In this document: positions 55,138 through 64,000 of the stretch, piece by piece | Layout: every line of letters starts with the position of its first letter | Numbering within the stretch: position 1 is the first letter of the stretch | DNA from: the human T2T-CHM13v2.0 reference genome, Homo sapiens | NCBI RefSeq assembly: GCF_009914755.1 | Contig: NC_060928.1 | Length of the DNA stretch: 64,000 nt | Reading direction: 5' to 3' (one strand) | Notes under the pieces: generated by a model | Seen by the model: only the letters and a program-made list of their open reading frames with translations | The model's database searches: none | Told to the model about the DNA's origin: nothing | Made by a program: the position numbers and the translations under genes

Positions 55138-56639
55138 AGAAATCAATGAGGTTGACTCTAGAATCCAAGCTTCCTCACCTACTAAAGGCCATTAAACTAG
55201 CAGGCTTTATGTCCTGATTTTGTTCTCTATTAAAGAGTACCAGGGGGAAATATACAGCTGAAGTTTATTTTCCATTCTCCATCAGTCTAGAATAATCTCA
55301 TTTGGATATTTCTCAAATAAGGAAAAACATGGACTTTCTCTTTAAGGAATGACGATTTGTGAAGACTGTCCCATTTTACAAATCTCCGATGCCCATGTAC
55401 AATGGGAAACCCAAGGGGCTCCCCAAACACTTCCATTTGTCTTTTTCTGGGGCAGACCTATTAAGGTGCCACTGTTCAGAAAACTCAGCAGCAAGTTAAT
55501 TTGCCCATGTTGAATGTGAGTCTGCTGAACTTGGGGTAAATTGATATTTCCCTATTTCAGATATAAATGTAGCAAGAAAAAAAATCCCTTTCAGATTCTT
55601 AAAACACTTGGACTGATTTGCTGAGAAAAAGCCAGCAACAGGGAATTAAGGAGCAGAGTATCCCATCTGCAATGAGATGTACAGTGTAAAATCAGGTTAT
55701 CAGTGAAAATGAGTCTGATGTGCTAATTCATAGCACATTCCCTATACTTACGTTGTGAGCCCATTATATAATTTAGCAAGATTCTGGGGCCTTTCTCAAG
55801 GGAGGGCAAGTTCTAGAAAACAGAGGTTCTAGGCAAGCATGAGGAAAGTCCTTTAATGAAGGAAGAAGTCAGGTCTATATTTTCCAAAAGCCCATGCTAT
55901 TTATACCTCTAGCCCCTGATGTTTTAATAGTGAAAGAATGGTGCTGATTTTGACTTTTCCCTGAAGCACACACTTTCACATGCAAGGAAATGAATCTTTA
56001 GCATATCCTGGATGAAAAAGCAAGAAATGTCCTATTAACTTGAATGAGGCATTAAAGGGTCTTTGATGCAGTTCAACTTCTAAAACGCATATACTTTCTC
56101 CTCCAGGTTACTTATGGTAGACACATTCTTAACTCCTTTGAAATGCAGAATGAGAAAAAATTATTTGTCTTCTTCAAATTCACTGGCTAGATGGATTCTC
56201 TGCATGTACTTCAATTTCCCCAAACCTTAGTGCTATATTTTTTAAGGAAGTGGAGTTATTCAAAAATGATAATACACTCATGGTTGCAAATTCAGATTTC
56301 TTCAGTGGAAGCATAAATAACTATTTCTTCCGTGAATAGAAAAATGAGTCCGTGTAATACTTTGTCTCTTCATATTATCACAGTTGTGGATATTATACCA
56401 AATGGTAACACAGAATAGGAATAGCTCATCCTGGACTTCTGTTCATAGAGAAAGACAAAGCATTTAGCTGCTAACAGGCCTTGTCAATTCCCCAAGGCTT
56501 CCTTGTAGGCGGGAATAACTCCATTCTTTTGCTGGTTTCCTAACAATGGTAGTTGTATTCATAGGCTAACTCTCTTCCTTTTGCTCTTGCCCTTTACTGC
56601 TGTATTCTAAAGTTTTCAGCTCTGCAATGAAACCTTCAG

Positions 56640-58415
56640 CATGAAACATCCACACAATCCCACCACCAAATGTCTCACCTGTACCTGCTTACACAGCTTG
56701 CTCTCTCTGGTCATAGATGCACAACCAGGATCTGATCTTAGGCCTACTTTTTCACTGTTCTCTGGATCCCACCTCCTCTGAATGATGTACCTGCTCTCTT
56801 CTTCATCATTATTCTTCCCTCTTCACTGGATTATTAGCATATAAGCATTCTATAATACATCCTATTTTTTTAAAAAAACAAAAGACTTCCATGGGTCCCC
56901 TCATCCCTGTGTAGACTGAGATGTCCTATGTTCTTTATAATTAAGTTCTTTTGCTCTGGCATCCCTTCTTAGGCATTCCTGAGCCCACAAGCCCATTCCA
57001 GTGAGACTGTGGTCTACACCACTCTATTGTCATGATCACCAAAGACTTTTACTAGCACTTATCTTATTGAACTGATCAGCAGCATTTGGGATTTGGTAAC
57101 TGTTTCTTCCTTGAAATGTCTTCTTCCCCTGGATACAGTAAGATACTCTTGACAAAGCTTTCTGTCTCCAGGGTGTTTCTTCTCAGTCTCCATTATTTAT
57201 TAAGTATAAGCTTAAATAACTTTACATCCTGGAAGGCCCCAAGGGCTGTCCTTAAATCTCTGTTATTGTCCATATCCACACCCATTGAAATTATATTGGC
57301 TATATTTGAAATATATCTAGAACCTATAACCAATTTCCACTGCTATCATCCTAGTCAATGTCACCATCTTCTCACTTCCATACAATTGAAATAGGCTCCT
57401 GAGAAGTGGCCTTACTGATGGTTTTGCCACCTACAGTCTAGTCTTTCCCAAGAGGCCAGATCTATCCTTTAAAAATACGTGCCAGATCTTGTCAGTCTTC
57501 CATTTGACACTGAGTATAACCTCATTCCTCCACTTTTCATCTAGAATAAAATTTAAAATTTCCACATGATCCACTCTGCATCATCTCTATAACCTAATAG
57601 AACGACTTCCGTGTCCTTCACCTAATACCTTAATCAATTCCTGTTGCTATGACCAAATACCACAGACTGCATAATTTATAAATAATAGACAATTATTTCT
57701 CACATTTCTAGAGGCCAGGAAGTCCAAGATCAAGGTGCAACAGATTCAGTTTCTGGTGGGGACCCATGCTCTCCTTCCAAGAGGGTGCCCTGTTTCTCCT
57801 CTGGAGGGGACAAATGCTGTGTCCACACATGGAGGAAGACCAGAGAGGCAAAAAGGGACTAAGGTGCTCTGTTCTGCTTCTTTTATACGAGCACTAATCC
57901 CATCCATGAGGGTGGAGAACTCATGACTTAATCACTCTCCCAAAGGCCTCACCTCTTAATACTGCCACACCAGAGATTAGGTTCCAACCTTAGAATTTTG
58001 AAGAGACACAGGCATTCAAACCGTAGCCCATACTTTCCGGTAGCCATGCTGGATTTCTTGCTGTTCCTTGAATGCTCCAAGCACACTCCCACCTGTGGTT
58101 CTTGCTCTCACAGTTTCCTCTGCCTGGGGGGGCTCTCCCAGCAGATATCAGTAGCTTGCTTCTCCAAATAACTCAGATATCATCCAATACATTTGTCCCT
58201 TGCATCCTCATTACTCTCTGTTCTCACCCACCAGCTTCATTTTTCACAGTACTTACTATAACAAAAAATTTCACTTGTTTATTATTTTTTTCCTGCTTCT
58301 TTTAGAATACAAGCTCCTTGTTAGCAGGAATTTATTTTATTCTCTTCCATTCCCTCAAGTCTAGAACACTTCTAGTTCCTTAGTAACTGCTTAGTAAATT
58401 TCTATGGTTGAATGC
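56640..58415 (+). mobile_element. L2 (long remnant), split by an MST LTR
   Basis: TGAACTGATCAGCAGCATTTG..., CTTGAAATGTCTTCTTCCC, AGAATAAAAT; resumes after 58028 and ends GTTGAATG. Confidence 0.75.
57626..58028 (-). mobile_element. MSTD-like MaLR solo LTR
   Basis: TGCTATGACCAAATACCACAGACTG..TAATTTATAAA...GAAGTCCAAGATCAAGGTG...CATTCAAACCGTAGC. Confidence 0.85.
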
Positions 58416-58895
58416 ATCTCCATCTCTGTGATATAACCTCATCCATATCTACCTTCCTTACTGCCTTATGATGCCTCTGGATGTAATTTAGATTTTGAGT
58501 ATTTTTTCTATTCCCAAGTATTCCAAACTTACACACACACACAATATGAGCTTACACATACACATCATATTTTTATAAACATGTACACGTATACATAGCA
58601 TATTAACAATCTTCAATGATTTATTCAACATCTAATATAAAAAAGTATTATTATATAGGATTGTAGACAAATTCTAAGAATGTTAAAGCAATTAAAAGCT
58701 ATTATGTTATAAACCAACCAATAAGTAAATTGTATACATTATTTTAGTGAGAAAAAAATTCTGGAATGATGGTTAAATATTAGTCTGGGACAGATGGCAA
58801 CTGCATATGATTTGCTACATATCCAAGAATTAACTGGTAACTACACTATGACATTAGTTCTAGGATAACTAAATCTTTTTTAATAGCTTTATAAT

Positions 58896-59387
58896 TGACA
58901 AAAATTCTTTGCTTGACCAAACTTTAGTCAGGCTTTTGAATCTTCTCCTAGGCCTATCTGTGCACTTCCTTGTAAAAACCAGTTTTAGCAAGAACCTTGA
59001 TGTCAGTTTAGAAGGAACACCCCACTCACACTCTGGGTTCATCTGATCATCCCCTCAATATCTAATCTCATCCTCCATCCTCTGACCTCTCCCAGGTCTG
59101 ATCACCCTGGCCTGCCTTCAGCAAGACACTTGTTAGGTTGGTTTGGCCAGAATCCCGTCTCCCTGAAGTTCTTAGTAATTTTCCGTCCACTAACATGTCA
59201 CCTAACCCTGGCTCCTTAAATCTAAATCCCCACTTTCTCATGCCATGTTTGGAGTTGAGCTCAGTCTCTCTCCCCCACTGCAAAAATCTCATTGCTTTTG
59301 TAGCTATACCCATCACAATGGTCATGAATAAAATCTTCCTTATTGTGCATCCTTATTGTGTATCATTGAGTAATTCTGTCTTTAACA
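58896..59387 (+). mobile_element. MER31-like ERV1 solo LTR
   Basis: TGACAAA..TTCTTTGCTTGACCAAACTTTAGTCAGGCT...AATAAAATCTTCC...CTTTAACA; TSD TAAT/TAAC. Confidence 0.85.
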
Positions 59388-59827
59388 TAACTAAACAAAA
59401 AAAAACCTCTGACAGTTTGTCCTTTAAACTAGAACCTCTCAAACACGTCAGCAGGTATTTCTTTCCTATTATTGGAGCCCGGTATATTTGGCAAGGCAGT
59501 GCTTAAGGTGATAAGGATGAAGACTGCAGTCTGTGGATTCCCACAGAAGTGACTATGTGCCACTTTCTAGTTCAGCAACTTGCTTTTCCTCTGTATGCTT
59601 CCTGAGAAGTCAAAGAAATAACATCTTTTAAACACCCAGGATCATGCATGACACATGGAAGGACCTAATAAATATCAGCCATTATCATTATCATTGCTAT
59701 TTCTGTTAGTCCAAGTATTAGCTTCAAATATGTAAACTGCATATAGTTTGTTGGGGCAGTCTGAGGTTGCTCTATCTCATCATCAGGGGGTCTCAGTCCA
59801 TCACAGCTAGTGGCCTGTCATCTTTTA

Positions 59828-60133
59828 TTTTATGTTATTTATTTTTGTTTTGAGACAGAGTTTTGCTCTCGTTGCCCATGCTAGAGCGCAATGGCGCGAT
59901 CTTGGCTCACTGCAAACTCCGCCTCCCGGGTTCAAGCGATTCTCCTGCCTCAGCCTCTTGAGTAGCTGGGATTACAGGCATGCACCACCAAGCCCGGCTA
60001 ATTTTGTATTTTTAGTAGAGACGGGGTTTCTCCATGTTGGTCAGGGTGGTCTCGAACTCCTGACCTCAGGTGATCCACCCGCCTCAGCTTCCCAAAGTGT
60101 TAGGATTACAGGCATGAGCCACTGTACCTGGCC
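59828..60133 (-). mobile_element. AluSp-like
   Basis: TTTCTCCATGTTGGTCAGG diagnostic; 13-bp TSD CTGTCATCTTTTA. Confidence 0.93.
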
Positions 60134-60379
60134 CTGTCATCTTTTAAACTGTAAAGACAGAGGGGCCTTGCTCTGTAGCTGAAAGTCAATGCTTCTCGGC
60201 CTCTTGCAGCTAAGTAGATAATGTGTGGCTGAGGAAAGGGAAACTTACTGAACTTTTAAAGACTATTTTTGGGGAAAAATGTCAAACTCTTTAAAAGAGA
60301 GGCATTAAAACCCTCTCCTATCTCTTCCTCCTAATCTAATAGTGCAAAAGGCATAAATAATAGCATCAACAATATAGGA

Positions 60380-61080
60380 ATATTTTCTAACTGCTAGCAT
60401 TGTAGCAGTGGCATCAAACAGCACTAGTAACCACTGTGTTCCTCACCATCACCCACGGGCAAAAAGCAAATAGGCCAGTTTCAATTAGTAATATACATAA
60501 TGAAGAAAATTATGACTTTTATTAAATCACAACTCGAGCTCATCTTTATAATATTCTTTGTGACAAAATGGGAGAGATACATAAGATAATCCCATTGCCT
60601 ACATAAATATGACAATTATCTCAAGGAAAAGCGCTGATGTAATTGAGTTTTGTGCTGAATTAGCCATCTTGTTCAAGAGCCAATATTTTTACTTGAGAGA
60701 GTAACTGGCAAACTATAGTTATTCAGACCCAGATATTTGGCAGCATTTTCTTAAAGATGAGCAAAGTTAGCCTGTACCTTCAAGGAAACAATTGAGAGTA
60801 TTCGTGAATAATGATGAAATCTGAGCTTTCAGGCAAAAATTATTTTGGAAAACTCATATCTGCTACCAGGGGCTTGGCAGTTTTGTGATACTTCAAGTCT
60901 TTACTGACTTTTAGGTTGATGGTTATTTTAATAAGTACTGATTTTTGATATCATAGAACAAAAACTTTGATAACACTTGGAAATGTATATAACTTAGTGA
61001 ATCAATATTTTCCAACATTATGCATAGAGAAAAGATACATTCAAAGTTCAACATAGACCTTAAATGATTTTTATGACCAC
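60380..61080 (+). mobile_element. Charlie1-family hAT transposon, internal transposase relic
   Basis: Degenerate translation NILCDKMGEIHK..LPT*I*QLSQGKAL and YLA..FLKMSKVSLYLQG resembles hAT/ZBED5-type motifs (LCEEMG.EH..LLLHTEVRWLSRGK; YLADIF.KLN.LNL.LQG). Confidence 0.8.
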
Positions 61081-61129
61081 AATGATATATGGAGTGACAA
61101 GGATCTCCTCTCATCTTTTCTGTGTTTAC

Positions 61130-61555
61130 TGCCTTCTAGCAAGATTGGACTCTTAATTTATATTTTGCTTTGTTTTATTTAGTATGCCTCTTGGCTCTAC
61201 TCATAAAATTCCCTCTGCCTAGAGAACTTTCCCCCACAGAGAGTCACATGGCAGGCTCACCTCATTCAAATCTCTCAACAAATGCACCCTCCATAAATAA
61301 ACCATCCAGGTTAGCCCTATCCAAAGTAACTTCCCTCTATATCTTTATTCTTCCTCATTTTACTCATAATTGCTGGGCATTTCCTAATACATTTATTAAA
61401 TATTGCTAGTCTTTTCCAAGGGAACGTAAGTGCCATGAAGTAGGAAATTTGTCTCTTTTTTTCACTGTGTGTTCCACAGCCTTGAACAGTGTCTGGAGTA
61501 AATTATGTACTCAACAGATGTTTGTTGAGTGAATGAATCAATGAATAAATAAACA
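61130..61555 (+). mobile_element. L2 3' end
   Basis: GTAAGTGCCATGAAG.AGG...TTCACTG...TACTCAACAGATGTTTGTTGAGTGAATGAAT. Confidence 0.8.
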
Positions 61556-62944
61556 TTGTAAGTTCTAATACACTCAGGGTGAGAGCAGCTAAATATCTTA
61601 AGCAAACTCACATAGCTTTGTTGGCTAAGCTAGAATTGGTATCAGTTTAGTGCCAGAACCTAAACTCTTAACTAATACACTATTGCACATTTTGAACTCC
61701 CTAAAAATTTACAAGTATACATTCCCTCATTTCCATTGCCACTTTTTATTTTAGTCAGATAATCTAATTTAATTGAGAAAGTCCTGCTTTTTGGTAGACA
61801 AGCCGTCCCTCTTTCAATTCATACAGTTAAGGAGAAAAAGAATAAAAGTTATAGTCAGTTGTAAGGAAACTTCAAATAATTATACAGATATAGGCTATCA
61901 GGAATGCTGAAATAAATTTGCTCATGCATTGCAACATTGGCCAAACTGATCAATATCCACAGGCTAAAAAAATAAACAACTGAATCTCTCTAGGCCACAG
62001 CTGTCTTTCTATGGATAATTTACAGAGTTAGAAAATAGCTCAAAACACACAAAGGCTCTATAGAATCAGAAAACCAAACGAAGCCGGTAGACATTGAAGA
62101 CTTCCAATATTTTTGGTCCATTTCAAAATCTTGTGCAACTTTTTATATGTATTTTTAAACCAAAGGGCAATAAGTGTCTTCTAGGAGCAACAAAGTTAAG
62201 ATTTGTATTATCCAGTAATATGATAATATAGAAATATTGACATTCAGAGCCTTCCCAAATTCTTTGTCACAATTTTATGCCCTCCAAGGAAAACTCAGTG
62301 TCAAGTGGTTATTGAGGGTAGCCTGTTTTGTTAATCAGGAGAATGTTCAAAGAGACAAATCGCAAGAATGAATTTAGAGCAACGTAAATTATAAAGATTC
62401 TGCAAGGAGGCACAGAGGAGAAAGAGAAGCCAAGGAAATACAGGCTAAGGATTTTGAGAGAGAGTTTCAGAAGGAGAAAAAGAGTAGAGTAGTGACATTA
62501 GGGACAGCTCCTGTGGTGTGAAGGTTTGAGGAGAGAGGTTTCAGGATGTTTTGCTGTGTTTCATTGCAAAGTAATTGTTTTCAGTGCAATTGTTTCAATT
62601 CAATGGTTTCAATGCGATGCAATTTAATTAATCTTTTAGACTTTTTTTGAGAAATGTTATTAAAGCCAAATTACTTTGCTCTGTTATGTTTAGACTTGGA
62701 ATTATATTTCTTTTAGATTCAACAACCAAGTTGTGGGTCTTGATCAGAAGGAAGCCTGGTGTGATTCTCGTTACAGTGACTTGCTGAGGAAATTTCATCA
62801 GTGGAGTCTGATCAGATATAGTGTTGACACAAGCTGTATTTCTTTCTACTATTTCACTTTTAAGTAATACTTTTAGTAAAGGTTAGTTCACAAACCAGTG
62901 ACATCCCAAATCTGTTTCTTTCTTCTATGATCTTGGGTTTCACT

Positions 62945-63655
<711 letters not shown>

Positions 63656-64000
63656 CGTGCAACAAATGTTTAATGAGTGCTTGCTATAAAATACATCGTT
63701 AGGAAAAAAGGGGTCGATAAAATTGTGCTGAACTGAATATAATAAGGTAAAAATAAATGTATGTGAGTGTATGAGTGATGGGAACTGAGGGGACCATGCA
63801 TGACAGAGATATGAGTCAACTTTTCATGGGGAATTTGAGATTCTAGTTTGCCTGTCATCAGTCCTGAGGGTTTTGAATGCCAGACCAAAGCGAAGAGGAA
63901 GAGTCTCTGTAAAGCCATGGAAGCAGCATGAAAAACAATGAGCATGAGAAGAGTAGGAAGACCTGCCTGGTTGAATGGGAACATATTTTGGGAACGTGAA

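Noticed and set aside
62572-62625. Degenerate CAATTGTTTCAAT repeats
   Set aside because: Short, low-complexity slippage product with no further structure

Overview
Primate (most likely human or hominoid) genomic DNA. It is AT-rich, CpG-depleted and has no CpG island. I recognise no host protein-coding exon and no RNA gene, so the window reads as intergenic or deep intronic. Most of it is interspersed repeats: one full-length but inactivated L1PA (L1PA6-like, 6195-12370, with TSD), a 5'-truncated antisense L1PA nested with an AluJ in an old L1MB, about a dozen Alus, MaLR/ERVL/ERV1 solo LTRs (THE1, MST, MLT1, MLT2, MER4A1, MER34, MER31), hAT DNA-transposon relics (MER5A, MER53, Charlie1) and many MIR/L2 fragments. 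Most ORFs in the track are repeat-derived or chance ORFs. The observations most worth following are: an open, extended ORF0 in the dead L1; an unexplained ~190-bp, ~88% identical direct repeat pair; several palindrome-built tandem repeats; a 16-mer present in three copies; a junction-created ATG opening 426 codons of L1 ORF2; and a few candidate enhancers or non-coding exons. I found no evidence for a new multi-gene biological system. Subfamily calls come from recalled consensus features, not a database search, and boundaries of old repeats are approximate.
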